From: Tubulanus polymorphus
Lineage: Eukaryota > Animalia > Nemertea
Length of the DNA stretch: 64,000 nt
Assembly (NCBI RefSeq): GCF_964204645.1
Contig: NC_134030.1
Location: 1,223,355 to 1,287,354, forward strand
Direction: 5' to 3'
A program made the position numbers and the translations under genes. The notes beneath the pieces were generated by a model that had not been told where the DNA came from, searched no databases, and saw only the letters and a list, made by a program, of their open reading frames with translations. This document shows positions 1 through 13,256 of the stretch, in pieces; the stretch's first letter is position 1; every line of letters begins with the position of its first letter.

Positions 1-523
1 ATTGGCGATATTAAGAAGAAAAAAGAAATTCGTAAAAATTGCATTATTTAAAGTACTTAAAACCTATTCATAAATAACAATGCGGTACCGCTACATAACA
101 GATGGCACCACTATACGGTCGTTGCTACTACTAGACTGGTTACCTGTATAATAAGTACAATACAATGAATTTTATTCGCACGGTGACGTATGTATTGGCA
201 TTGAAGCGCTCACTTATAATTCTATTGTTTTGAATGTGGATACTATGTAGACCCAGAAAACAACGAAGGCTGCATTACGATTGCACCTTACACACAGGGC
301 CACCTTCGGTTATCGGAGTCAGTCGACTTATAATAGTCCCGAGTAACTCATGTCAAATGTCGGAACTATATTCCGGAAATAGTTCGAAAATCAAGCGCAT
401 TCGGTTATTAGTTCCAACCACTGGTCGACTAGCTACCTATTACCGAATTTGGCCCAGCCTGTCTAACTCTGGATTCGCAACTGGCAACCGAGTTAAGTGC
501 TTCTCGCTAGCCAGGTTGCCGCT

Positions 524-622
524 AAGCGGCCACCAGTCTATAATATTAACCCAATCACACGTCTGTCACTCGCTGATTCGCTACGCATCTGATTGGCTAG
601 ATATATAGACTGGTGGCCGCTT
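524..622. repeat. Perfect 19-bp inverted repeat enclosing two inverted CCAAT boxes
   Basis: aagcggccaccagtctata (524-542) and tatagactggtggccgctt (604-622); the spacer contains ccaatca and tgattgg in opposite orientation. Confidence 0.85.
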
Positions 623-1205
623 GACCATTGAGGCAAGCGAGGATGGTTGCGTGACTTATCGAAATGTTCGCTTGCCACAGCAGGAATACCGTCCAATGTA
701 ATAAGTGTTTATGTATTAATTGTAGGAATGCCTGGTGATGTAGATCAAGTTCACAGAAACTGAAAACAGAAAGAAACCTTGCGGAATCTATTGTGTATAA
801 ATAAATATATTTATTATCGTGTTGTGTTGTTTATTCTGAGTGCGATCTGTGGTGATTCAACCACTTGGTCCTCTCAAGTTTTTTTCCCCATCCAAATTTT
901 TGAATCCGTTTGCGCCGTTTTGACTGAAGTGATCTTTAAATTTGTATTAGTTCTAAGACTTAGACAGGTCTTAAATTCTTTCAGTTGCGGCCACCTCTCG
1001 ACAAAAATCTATTGTACTAATCCTTAATAACTTCTAATCGCATGCGTCGAAAGGTGGCTGTCATAGATGGAATTAGAGATATGATCGATGTCTAAGATGA
1101 ATACAATTGCGTTTAATTTGAAACTGCTAAACAGTTGCAGTAAGAGTTAAATAACGATCATCACTGTATCTATGCTTGTGATGATTGTTCCACTCTCAGT
1201 AATTA

Positions 1206-1393
1206 CAGAGCTGCCAACTGTTACTGATTTCCAGTATTAGTTAGTATTTTATAACGAGAAATACTGATCTGATTTGTGAAGGTCTTGCCGTTGATTACTG
1301 ATTAATTGAACATTCCTTTCATATTTCAATGAAACCTTACTGAAAAAAATTCAATTTGCTACTGATAGGACTTTTCAAAGGTTGGCAGCCCTG
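1206..1393. mobile_element. MITE (non-autonomous DNA transposon)
   Basis: Imperfect 13-bp TIRs cagagctgccaac / gttggcagccctg, flanked by TA on both sides, with internal tactga repeats. Confidence 0.7.
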
Positions 1394-1925
1394 TAGTTAT
1401 CTTGGTCTCGCAACTTTACCACCTCAGTACCGGCGACGCATCACTCGTAATCCTCGCCTTCCATGCTGCGCATTTAGCTATCCTCGCTTGCCGGGGTTTA
1501 ATTGGTTCTGCCCAATCAGATGCGTTGTTTTTCTACCAATAAGGGGCGCCAATTTAAACCCCGGCAAGCGAGGATTAATTTGTCAGCGTTGCCACCGTTA
1601 GCTCCAGTACTGTGCCATTGTCAGTTAGACTGGGTCTGAAATGGTGGTGGCAAGCTGCAGGTCTGGACTGCGCGACCAACATTTTCCGTTCCTACATCCG
1701 AAATCTACACGTTTTCTTGGCACGTGGTAATAAGAGTTTGGTTGGTTTTTGTTCGAACGCGCGTCTGGTAGTAGACTGGTTGCCAGTTTACATTAGACTG
1801 GTTGCCGGTCTCTTCCTGTAGACCGTTTACCGGTCTCTATCTTTTATTAGAGACCGGTTGTGCCCATCCTCCATTTTACATTTTCGATGCATGTCAAATA
1901 AGGTCAAACATGTAAAGTAGCAGGT

Positions 1926-2025
1926 TACTTCCTGGTTAAGATGGCGTCTCTTCGAATCTGCTTGGCTTCGAGCGATATTAAAATTGTCCTTTATAATGGA
2001 CGGAAAGACATTAATTGCTGTAAGT
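1926..2025 (+). promoter_or_regulatory. Possible TSS/first exon (ETS-like and YY1-like motifs, ATG, GTAAGT donor)
   Basis: acttcctgg and aagatggcg at 1927-1946; ATG at 1996 (MDGKTLIA) followed by gtaagt at 2020; no downstream exons identified. Confidence 0.3.
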
Positions 2026-2269
2026 ATCAGATAAATCCGCTGATAATTTACCTGGTATTCGGAATACCGACTAACAAGGATCGAAATCTAATGCGAGGTG
2101 AGCTCTGCCGCGACCGTCACTGAATACAGAACATTCTGAAGGAACAGAGGAGATCCTTCCTATAACTACCGTTCGTGGGATGTATTTAGTGAATTGATGT
2201 TTTAATACAGTGTTGTAAAATGACTATATTTAGTATCCGAATAAAGTTTACAATTGCTGAACTCCTTAG

Positions 2270-2861
2270 TGCTTTGTGAGATCAGATATTTGGATCCACC
2301 TCAGCCAACTGATTTCCTGATACAGACAGCAAGTTGGGACAGTCAAATTAAGAGATTTGGTCAAGACAAGTTACTCAGATCACACTGGAAATTCGCAATA
2401 TCCTCTCTCCTCATGGACCACACATTGTCAATGTTGACTTTGCTAGAAATCGATTATAAAATTCATCACGACCAATTCTTTTTCACTGAATTCAATATTT
2501 ATTGTTCACTTCTGGTACAAAATCTTGTTCAGCCCCTGACAAGAGAATAAACAATGACACTACGTATTTCATGACATAGAACAGTAGTTTTTTTTGCATC
2601 GACAAATTGGGACGATCCTGATATCCCTGATTTGAATGATAGTGTCTTTAGAATCATAAAGACCATGTCTCGACCAGACAGATAATCCAATCACAATTCA
2701 AATTGAAGGCTCGCTAGTGCAGTTATTCACAGAATCCAGCTCTTTAAACCTCATCAGTTCATCAGAATCGAGGAGTTTCACCGCCTGTTATTTGGAATCT
2801 CATTTCATGACAGCTAGTGCTGATTCTTTATTCTCTTTGATTACTGCATGATGTTATCATT
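2270..2861 (-). pseudogene. Decayed coding exon, possibly containing a TIR domain
   Basis: Acceptor ttttaatttcag at ~2862; broken frames read YVVSLFILLSGAEQDFV, RIGRDEF, KVNIDNVW and EISWLRW, resembling TIR box 1-3 spacing; many stops and frameshifts. Confidence 0.3.
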
Positions 2862-5487
2862 CTGAAATTAAAATACATATCACACTTATAATTAAACCTG
2901 GATTGACTTTACAAATTAATGGTTCAGAATCCATTTTTCAAATTTACCTTGATGCATTGCAATCTATTCTTTTTATGTTGAGCTAATTTGATACGCATTA
3001 CTTCAATTTCTTAAAACATCCTACGAGTTGTGACTCACAAAATCATCACTAAAACGCCACAATAATCTACAATAGATAATGAATATAGCTTTTGTGAAAT
3101 AGCACTCATATTCCATGTTCACATCTTACGAAGTAAGTAAGTAGGTGAAGTTACCTCGTTGGTGTGATTATTTTCACTGGATCAACTGCTGATGTCCAAT
3201 GTCGCATAAAGAACAATCAATCAATCGCCTCGAGTGAACAAATAAGTTGCCTCTGCTGCATGGTTCAGTATGTTAGTAGTGGTAGTAGTATTGTATGTAT
3301 TGTTACCGATATTTTCGGTACCACACGCTAAACAAGTGCCTGCAGAAGCGTTACCCGGCAGTTTTAATGAAATTTCGTTCTTCATTGATATAAACAAGAA
3401 AATTAATTTTGATAAACTATTTGACGCCTGCGAAAAAATGTAGAATTTCTAGGATAAGCTAATGTGGATTTGCAAACTTGAAATCGAAGTTTTAAGAAAT
3501 TTGAGGAATTATAACATTTGGCGATTGGGTAGATGATACTTCGACTGTAGGTATAGTGGTTTAATTTTTTTATTGAAGATTGTCAATAATTGATAACTTG
3601 CGACCGACTTCATTCATTCATATTTGCCTCTAAGCTGGTCTGCAACTTCATTGCCTCCATAGTTGAAGAAAGAGCTCTTCTGATGTCTGCTTCATCATGA
3701 CTTCGAGCATATCGTGTGGCTTAGAAGGCTGGCCCGGTCCCCGGGCCCGGGTTTGGCTGTCACTCGATATACTAAAAATTTAGTCTTGAGTCTGGGTTGA
3801 AGTGGACATTGTCATTTAAAATAATTTGTTTATGTTATTCTCTATGAATTACTCGTGTGTCTTGTGGGTTGTATTTTCTTACTTTAAAATGTGTAACTTT
3901 ATTGAATTTGGGAATTTAAATCCCGGAATTTCAATGTAATAACGATCATAAAGAATTGAATTGAATTGTCACCTAATACACTTGCCATCAGAGCACGCGG
4001 AGCCGTATGTAACAGCTAGGCTATTATAAATTGCTAATCTCATGAAACCTGCATATCCCCCTAATATCGAACATATTTTCTAAAAAATTTGAATATTGAA
4101 ATTATATGTTTACACATTTGAATATTGACCGCTTGTAGCCGCTGATGAAATTCACACCGGCCCTACACAGATCGTAGATAGCTTCGTCATTCCACCAACA
4201 TCCCCATGTCAGGGTCTGACTTTAATATCAGACTTCCGCATCGTGTATACATCCGCCATTTACTTATCATTTCTATTTATGCCTGCCGCTTCTGATATAA
4301 TCATACATCCTTAACTATTACAATACGTCTTCTAATGATATTCAATGCAATATAACATTCCGACGTTCAAATAGAGGTCATTACATAATCACAGGAAGCC
4401 TTTCTACATGTTTGTCAATAATATTTTGCCAAATAGCTTGTATGTGTACACATAGACCTGTGACGTTTTGCACATCGATTTACGGTTGTCGTTTGTAAAA
4501 TGACGCTGAATGGTTAACATTGTTCAGGTTTCATAATAGTAACGTTTTATAAGGCGTCAAAATGACTTTAAAGAGGTCCATGCGGGAACGTAAATCGCGA
4601 CTCTGTGTAGGCGGCCATGTTACATAGTTCACGTGATGAAATACTGAAATCTGATTGGATCCGTAGATTCCGCGGAAAATGGCGGACGGGCAAAACCTGT
4701 CCCATATTGAATGGCACAGGCAACCAGTCTAGTTTTCTAAACGATGTATTTATTACTCGCGTACCACAATATTTATTACTCGCGTACCACAGTCGGACAA
4801 TCGACCTATGTACGATCTCCACCGTCGCGTGCTGCCTTTACATAAACAATAAGCGGTAAATCTGTGAACTAATTTCTAACCTCACTTGCCACAGTAAGAC
4901 ACCGATCGGCAGCCGACGAAGTTAATCCCAGTCCAGTGACTAAATCGCAAATTTAGCACCAGAGGCTGAAAGTTGTTGGGAATGCGTGGCTGTAAATCAT
5001 AAATAAAATATATATTAAACTAAAAGTATGTGTTTATGTTGATGGTTGAGTTTTTGTCAAGGTGTGGAATGCGCGTTTGTGCCGATCATACAGCAACTTA
5101 TGATTGTTTGTACATCACAGCCAGAACCCAGGTCCACTCATTAGGATCCAGTTCCACAGATCAGGATCCAGCTCCTAGGATCCAGTTCCACAGATCAGGA
5201 TCCAGCTCACAGAATCCAGTTGCATATAGTTTGATCCAAGGTTAGACTTAGTAATATGTTCATTTCCACAGTGTTAGTCTTGACTTTAATTTTGAGCATA
5301 CAAAAACATCTCGATTCAACGGACGGCTAATTACGATTCAAGAGAGGCTTCTAGGTATAATGTGAACAAATGTTTTAAATGAAGTTAAATGATTTAATGT
5401 AGATAGTTTAAAGTCGATGAGCCTCTGATTTTAATCTATACATGTTCACGGATTTGTCCCATTATAACCTATTTCTTATAATCACAG

Positions 5488-6952
5488 GTCAGCGGTCGCC
5501 ATTGTGTCCGGATTCAGGTTGAATTTTGATCGACTTTTTTCACAATGGAATCGGTGCGCATTCCTTTACCGGATATCGATCGTATGGTATTGTTATAGAT
5601 AATCGCTTGGATGGACCGCAACTCTTCCGATCCATTTTACCTGACCAGCACCTTCCTTTCGACCACTGGACACCAGACAGCTAGCACCTCCTGTGAAAAT
5701 TCTCCCAGAACCCGAACGTGTTTGGTAAGTGTTAACATTTGACATAACCATTAGAAATTTATTCGTAATAAACTTTATGAACTTGTTTCATTTCCGCTTA
5801 TGTTTTCCGCACCCAGTTGAACAGTTTAAGAATGATTTTGACTCTTTAAAAGTTAAATTTTTTGACGATGAAATAAATTACTCTTACTAAACAATTCATT
5901 TCAAATGTGGCTGACTCTTGACTGGTTAAACTCAATTCGATTGACTTTAAGCCCGGGTTAATATTGATACTGCTCTATTAAACCAGCCCCTGTTCTCAAT
6001 TTTTTAGTTTTATTGCCAACAATTCGTACTTAACCGTTTTTAGCTTAATGTTCTCACAAACTCGCTAGGCCATGGTGTCAAATTTTAATTTCATTGAAGT
6101 TTTTACTGTTTAATACATGTCATCTAAATTTTAATTTCAAAATCAAAATAATTTGAAGTGTTCAATGTGTTGTCCTCTTTTGTAGGATAGCGAAAACACA
6201 CTGTTGGAAATAACTGAAGTCTGAACAAATCGTTAAGAAGCGCAATTCTTTTTGGTGAGTAAGTATATATCGCTTTCTTTCATCATTTTCATTCTTTTAC
6301 AACTCCCAGTCTTAAATGTATCAATCAGTTTCCCTCAGGCCAGGTACCCATCTTGGGTGGAGCAGGGAGGTCACCTCCCTGAGTGTCGTGCGGAATTCGA
6401 ACACGCGAGTTGGCTTCCCAGATTCGAACGCGACAACCACGGCTCGCCCGCCGCTGTTAAATCTTTCGTAATTTTTTAGGAGTCCTAAAACCGTTTTTAG
6501 TCTGAAAAAAATTGTATTCAAAACTTCTGAAAAAAACTATTTACTTATTGAGATAATACGCAAATTCATTTCTGAAATCCCTTTGTCGAACCGGGTGATT
6601 TATCTCATCGCTATATCTGCGGCGAAAAAACCGATATGCGCGAGCAGTTCTGAACGGCGGGGAATCCCCGTAACGTTCTCCGCAGCAAAGCCACGTGACA
6701 CGACTAACTTGTACGTGCGTGCTCCGTATTAGTGAAGACACTGTTACTGGGGTCATCATTCTAAAACAAGGTTATTCACGAGATGCTGGTTCAGAGATCG
6801 CCGCCAGTACTCTTAGACTAGTTGAGGTCGCACTCTAGAGCAGCGAGATTTATAAAATAGATACCGCGCCCTTTGAATTGATGTCAGTATTCTTTAGATC
6901 TCTCAAACCGGCTGAGTAACCTTTGAATTTTATGTTTTCTAGCATTTGCTGG
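5488..6952 (+). ncRNA. Putative spliced non-coding transcript (exons 5488-5724, 6186-6254, 6944-6952)
   Basis: Pyrimidine-rich AG acceptors and gtaagt/gtgagt donors at each boundary; no long spliced ORF; the first exon has nested inverted segments (aatggaatcgg/ccgatccatt, tgtccgg/ctggaca). Confidence 0.35.
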
Positions 6953-6971
6953 TGAGTCATCGATCCACACC

Positions 6972-7178
6972 GGGGACCTCACCTAGGAGCAGCAAGTAGG
7001 AGCATCCACTGGGACCACACCTAGGAGCAGCCACTGGGACCACACCTAGGAGCAGCCACAGGGACCACACCTAGGAGCAGCCACACCTAGGAGCAGCCAC
7101 TGGGACCACACCTAGGAGCAGCCACAGGGACCACACCTAGGAGCAGCCACAGGGACCACACCTAGGAGCAGCCACAGG
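6972..7178. repeat. 25-bp minisatellite (gggaccacacctaggagcagccaca), ~8 copies
   Basis: Direct tandem units visible. Confidence 0.95.
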
Positions 7179-8011
7179 AGGGACTGACCTGAATTGGGAA
7201 TCACTGAATGGAAAAGATAAGTAGAGATATATTTATTATTAAACTACAATATTTTTGGAGTACAGGTCTTGAGATGTTTTCAAACTTCCCATCATCTCTT
7301 CAGGTGTTTCTGTTGTAGTATGTGGTTATTTTTCTGTTCAGGTGTCGCCCCCATATTTTTCTGATTGCTAGCAAAAAACAGGGTTAAATTGCTGTATCAA
7401 GCATATTACGATGTTAGATTAATTTGTTCTTGTTGTTCAGGCGTTTCTGCAGTTTTTGAATGTTTTAATGTAAAGTCCATCACCGATTTACACACCACAT
7501 TCAGGTATTCTCTATCGTGATAAATTGTGAATCAAAAACTTACATATTTAGACTTAATTAGAAATTCATTGGTTCAAAAGGTTTTCATTTATAAAAAAAT
7601 GTTAAAATTGATTGAAAATAATTACATTGTTTTAATGGGAGTGATTTTTCGACCCTAATTAACATCGAAAAAGTTAAACAGAAAATTTAGAAAAAAATAA
7701 TGAAATAAATAATAAAATAGATAAGTAAATCTAGTCCTGCTTTCACAAAAAAGTTTTGTTCAGACTTTTTGGGAAATTGGATATATATATATAACTTATA
7801 TTTATTTTAATCATCAGGTATAATATAGCAATTGACTTGAAATGAATATCATACTAGTATTTATAAACATACAAATCTTCATTAACAAACTAGGGCAAAA
7901 CATCCCAAAAACGTTAGTTAAAGATATATCATAATTCATTTACTCATTTCAAAATTAGATTTACCATATTTACATATATCATATCATATATCGTTATCTC
8001 AATTTTTATGG

Positions 8012-8560
8012 TTATTCAACTACCTCAATTCTGGGATTTATTAAATAGCAACAATTGTGCAAAATCTTAGTATTTTCACTGGTGTCACTTTCTTCTTTTT
8101 GCCGCTGCCTTTTATTTAAAGAAAACACGTTGGCCTTCGTCAATTTGATAATAATAATTGTCTTATTTGGAAAGAAATTCTTGGATTCAGAAAATATAGC
8201 ACTTGTATCTGAATTCTTGGAAATATTCATTGAATCATCAATCGAAGTGACAAAAATTTGACAAAAAATACTTTTAGTGGATAAATGGTGGTTGTAAGCG
8301 GGATTGTTAGACGGAGAGGGGAGATAGAGGAACCACTCGTCTTTTCTTCTGATGCTGTCCTGTCTTGCATTCTGTGACGCAGATTGTAGTTGGATAAACA
8401 CAGCTGATATCTCATTATCATCGTAATTGAAATGTATGTTGTACCTCTGAATCTGCATTCTTTTTGGCGGCCGAGGTCCACTTGTTCCCTCACTAGAACT
8501 GCTGTCCGATCCTTTTCTCTTTCTCGAGGTTTTGGAATTAATTTGAAAAGTTTCGTCCAT
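8012..8560 (-). CDS. 182-aa ORF of unknown function with a bipartite NLS-like segment (RKRK...PPKR); possibly a pseudogene
   Basis: ORF track; the same frame continues upstream past one TAA; a RRGADPSRSS variant of the family's RGAGPS motif lies at ~8690-8720 in another frame. Confidence 0.3.
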   Translation of the reverse strand: MDETFQINSKTSRKRKGSDSSSSEGTSGPRPPKRMQIQRYNIHFNYDDNEISAVFIQLQSASQNARQDSIRRKDEWFLYLPSPSNNPAYNHHLSTKSIFCQIFVTSIDDSMNISKNSDTSAIFSESKNFFPNKTIIIIKLTKANVFSLNKRQRQKEESDTSENTKILHNCCYLINPRIEVVE

Positions 8561-9045
8561 CAGCTCTTAGCCGTTGAGAAGTACTGCGTGAAAATGAGCA
8601 AAACTAGTAATCATAGCTTGACCTGGTTTCTCAATGATGATGTCACTGGGAAAGCCTTTTGGAATAGTTGAAAGGCTTGATGTTAATACTTGATCTGGAT
8701 GGGTCCGCGCCCCTTCTATAGTGTCAAAAATATATAAATTGTGAAATTTTCCAATTTGGATGCTGTTCTGGGAAATGAAAGGATAATTTCACTCTGTTTT
8801 TATCATTTGGTTTTAACGGATAATTCTTGCTGGAAACTACCGTCTTGTGTCTGAACACTCGATATATCGATTTCACTTGTGTGTGTGTCATTAGCATGTG
8901 TTGCTTGAAATGTGACTTTTGCTCAAACTATTGACAGCATATTACAGTTTGATTCCTTATTATCACCAGTAGTCATTGCACGCTTTAATCTAACATTGCT
9001 AAGGTAATTTTAGGTAATTGCCCTCCCATTCTATCTGGTGTGCAG

Positions 9046-9560
9046 CTATCTGATAGGCCGCTGCTGAGGCGTATTAATCCGATTTTGGGGAGGGGCAGCA
9101 GCGGGCGACAAAGGTGGTGGTAATATCCTATCGGGAACCAAGTTTCTTTTAAATTCCTCCACCAATTCCCCGAACGGACATTCGTCTAAAATGTTGATGA
9201 CTGTAAAATAAAAATAGGGAGAAATACATTAAACAACAAGTCGAATGGTTTTGATGCTACGGTTAAGAATTCTGGTACTCGGCGAGGTTAAACATTCATT
9301 TCTTAAACTTTACAATCGATTGTCACATTGATGGCGCCATCTATCCTTTCTAAAAACAACTATAGGATTTCAATTGCACAATGTTAATACTACGGATCAA
9401 CAGTTATTATTAGATTTTGATTATCAGTGACATACGTCACACTAAATGATATTGTATGAAAATAGTTAAACTACTTACACTCCGGTAGAAATAAACGTAC
9501 AAACTCCTCCCGCCGGAACGCACGTCGAATTCTAAAAGCAAGTGTTCCTGCTTGACAAAA
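9046..9560 (-). pseudogene. Truncated paralog of coding exons 7-8 of the orphan gene
   Basis: Exons ~9560-9479 and 9200-9046 splice in phase 1 to GTLAFRIRRAFRREEFVRLFLPEFINILDECPFGELVEEFKRNLVPDRILPPPLSPAAAPPQNRINTPQQRPIR*; flanking intron sequence is homologous to 44176-44230 and 45896-45957. Confidence 0.85.
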
Positions 9561-9799
9561 CTAGTTTGAATAAGAGCTGTTTGTTTTAATGAGATGAACT
9601 GAATCCATAGAATTATGTAACTGAACCTAAGTGTGTCCAGTTCCCAAATAAGGATTTGTATTTTTCTAACCCATTTACGTAAGATATCAACAGACAGGGT
9701 TCATTCAGAGGTCAATCCTAAATGTCCCTCCCTTGAGAAAAGTGGCGTTTCAGGTGATCAACAGATAAAAATTCATTTAAAATCTGAATCTTTGGCTTT

Positions 9800-11762
9800 T
9801 CTATAAACAGATTGCAGATTGCATTGGCTTGAAACCTGCTTTTGGCATCTAGAAAAATAAGTAAAAATCATTTGAAAATACATTTTATAATGAGTCCGTC
9901 AAACAGTTCAATGCTTTCTTACACTTATTCTTAACAAAGTATGAATAAATTAGCATGAAAACAGTACATTTGTAATTGCAGCAGCTTAGCCGCTTGAAGT
10001 CGAAGGGTCTGCCCCCCCCTGTTTTTCTCTGAGCTTTCGGCATCTAGTAAGATAACTATGATATAATGATATTAATAGAAAAATTTAAAGTAAAAGTATT
10101 GAATAAATTGAAGATACATCATATAATCGAGGCAGTCAAACAGTTCAGTACTTTCTTACAACTATTCTTAATCATGAATAAATTAGCATGGAAACAGTAA
10201 ATGTGTACTTACAGTAGCATACGGGCTGGAACTTGAGGGGCCCGCGGCCCAGGTTTTTCTAATTGCTTTAGGCATTGTTGTAATGCATGGTATGAATAAT
10301 TAGCATAGAAGCAGTACATTTGTAATTGCAGCAGCTTATGGGCTGGAGGTCGGGCTGGAAGTCGAAGCTTCTGCGCCCCCTGTTTTTCTCTGAGCTTTCG
10401 GCATCTAGTAAAATAACTATGATATAATGATATTAATAGAAAAATTTAAAGTAAAAGTATTAAATAAATTGAAGATACATCATATAATCGAGCCAGTCAA
10501 ACAGTTCAGTACTTTCTTACAACTATTCTTAAGCATGGTATGAATAAATAAGCATGGAAGCAGTAAATTTGTACTTACTTTATTATACGGGCTTGAATGT
10601 GAGGGGCCCGCGCCCCGTGTTTTTCTTGTTGCTTTAGGCATCTTCTAGAAAAACAAGTAAAAATATTAAATCATTTGAAAATATATCAGTCAGTCTTATT
10701 CTGGTTCAGTGAACTGATTCTCTATATGGTGCATGTAGGGGTCCAGGGACACCACATCCACTAATTCTCTATATGGTGCATGTAGGGGTCCACTCTATAT
10801 GGTGCATGTAGGGGTCCAGGGACACGTATTGTTAAAAAGAGGCAGTTTAACGTCGTACCACAGGACAAATAGATAAAAATCACTGATAAAATGTATGGAT
10901 AAAACGTATTGTTAAAAAGAGGCAGTTTAACGTCGTACCACAGGACAAACAGATAAAAATCACTGATAAAATGTATGGATAAAACGTATTGTTAAAAAGA
11001 GGCAGTTTAACGTCATACCACAGGACAAACAGATAAAAATCACTGATAAAATGTATGGATAAAACGTATTGTTAAAAAGAGGCAGTTTAACGTCGTACCA
11101 CAGGACAAACAGAGTGCAATAATCAATGATTTTAATCCAAATAAGATCTTTTTAGTTGTGACTGTTTGAATTGAGAGGCGGCGATCTCGCTAGTGAGCCA
11201 AAAGACAGACACTTGAAATGAAAATAATATAAATAGTCAATTTCATTCGACATTTTTATTATGACGTTCATTAATTAAAAAATTAGCATGAAAGCAAAGA
11301 ATTTATAATTACAGGAGCATATGGGCTTGATGTTGAGGGACGCCCTTGTCCGCTGGGTGCCTTTTTCGTGGCTTTTGATATCTAAAAAAATTAGTAATAA
11401 TATTAAATAAATTGAAAATATATCATATATCGAGCCAGTCAAACAGTTCAGTACTTTCTAACAACTATTCTTAATCATGAATAAATTAGCATGGAAACAG
11501 TAAATTTGTACTAACAGTAGGATACGGGCTTGATGTTGAGGGCCCGCACCCCACGTTTTTTTCACTGCTTTCGGCATTATCTAGAAAAATAAGTAAAACT
11601 ATAAAATCATTTGAAAATACATAATATATCAGATTGTGGTAATCATGGTAATCATGGTATGAATAAATTAGCATGGACGCAGTAAATTTGTTCTAGCACC
11701 ATTTGTACTGGACGTGAGGGTGCCCTCGCCCGCTGGGCGTTTTTGCAGCTTTAGGCATATAG
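9800..11762 (-). pseudogene. Cluster of ~8 copies of the 'MPKA...GPSTSSPY' first coding exon, intact and decayed
   Basis: For example MPKAIRKTWAAGPSSSSPYAT|gtaagt (~10212-10274), MPKATRKTRGAGPSHSSPYNK|gtaagt (~10579-10641) and ISKATKKAPSGQGRPSTSSPYAP (~11313-11381); most copies keep the acceptor and the downstream intron flank. Confidence 0.85.
10824..11113. repeat. 80-bp tandem repeat, ~3.6 copies
   Basis: acgtattgttaaaaagaggcag... recurs at 10824, 10904, 10984 and 11064. Confidence 0.95.
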
Positions 11763-11859
11763 AAAAAGTAAAAATATTAAATCATTTGAAAATATATCTA
11801 GCCTCTCATACAGTTAAGTACTTTTACTTGCCTTATTCTTAAGCATGATATAAATGAAT

Positions 11860-12180
11860 TATGCTGGGCGTGAGACAGAAACGGAAAGAAAACAGACCGG
11901 CCCAATTCCCGGCCACCTTCATACCGAATGTTGAGTCAAAAAGGTGCTTTGGGCTTTAAAGAATTGAAGACACTATTGTAAGCCGAAATAATTGTGGAAT
12001 TGGACTAAAATTAAATCAAAAAATATGTGGTACATGTTATAGTTGATTTTTTTTCAGTGAAGGCATATTAGGCGCACATGAACGACTCATGCGTTCAAGG
12101 CATATCCCTTCACTGAAAGAATATTTTTTAAATCGGTTAACAAATCCGGAATTGTCCCCGAACGAAGCCGCTCCTCCAAT
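11860..12180 (-). pseudogene. Fragment of the orphan gene's last exon/3' UTR
   Basis: Reverse complement of ~47635-47955; reads EERLRSGTIPDLLTDLKNILSVKGYALNA*. Confidence 0.85.
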
Positions 12181-12336
12181 AGGAATCTCCCAGAGGCAAT
12201 TTAATTGATGGGCACATTTTCAAAATTTGTTTTGGTTAGCGGGCCCCCGACACAGAGTTATGAAAACTGGTCACAACTTTTAACTACATACAAAAAAATT
12301 GAATGCATTGAAATTGTATTTGGAGACTGAACTTAC

Positions 12337-12377
12337 TTGGTGCTTGAAAGTCGGGAGGCGTCTCTGGAGGGGTGCTA

Positions 12378-12408
<31 letters not shown>

Positions 12409-12455
12409 TGTTGTTGTTATTTGACAGATTAGAAACAGGCGTCTCCGGAGGGGTG

Positions 12456-12509
<54 letters not shown>

Positions 12510-12553
12510 TGTTGTTATTTGACCGATTAGAAACAGGCGTCTCCGGAGGGGTG

Positions 12554-12586
<33 letters not shown>

Positions 12587-12844
12587 GATTCACCGACTGT
12601 AAATGGAAATAATATAAAAATAAATGCAACAGAAAATGAACACAACAGGCACTTATTATACGGTAGTTCAGTAGAATGAAGGGGTCTGGGTAGAAAAACG
12701 TGTATTCTAAGATTACTAGTATATATTTCCGTGAGGAATTTCATAAAAACCGGCACGTACGAGGGAAGTGAGGCATGTGAGATTGAGGGCGTCACTGATA
12801 CTTACATTTAGCAGCGGTGACCTTGCCTGCGAGGCAAACCGACG
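12337..12844 (-). pseudogene. Paralog of coding exons 5 and 6 with expanded, internally duplicated CAG tracts
   Basis: Exon 12844-12806 RRFASQARSPLLN|gtaagt; exon ~12596-12337 with (cag)n; 12280-13130 is an inverted copy of ~32365-33125. Confidence 0.8.
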
Positions 12845-13256
12845 CTAGAAATGAAAATAAAAAAATACATTAGTCAAATTCATTAACGTTGCTAAGTTCA
12901 AGGTGCTGGTTTTTTAAACAATTTTAATAAGAAAAAAATATTCAGGTATAGCTAGCACTATATCAGGAACGTAGCTTGAGGCGGTTCGGGGGGTTCGAAA
13001 ATTCAGTTCCTCGCAAAGAAAAATTAAAAACAGAAATGTTAAACTTACAAATATTGAAATTTGTTCATTTAATCAAAACCTTCGTTATATCAATAGAAAT
13101 CGCCCAGAGGCAATTTAATTGATGGGCACATTTTCAAAATTTGTTTTGGTTAGCGGCCCCCGACACAGAGTTATGAAAACTGGTCACAACTTTAACCGTT
13201 TTAGCTCCATACAAAAAATTGAATGCGTTGAAATTGTATTTGAAGACTGAACTTAC

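Noticed and set aside
234-1821. Short ORFs at the window start
   Set aside because: No domain, splice or paralog support; they overlap a MITE and inverted repeats
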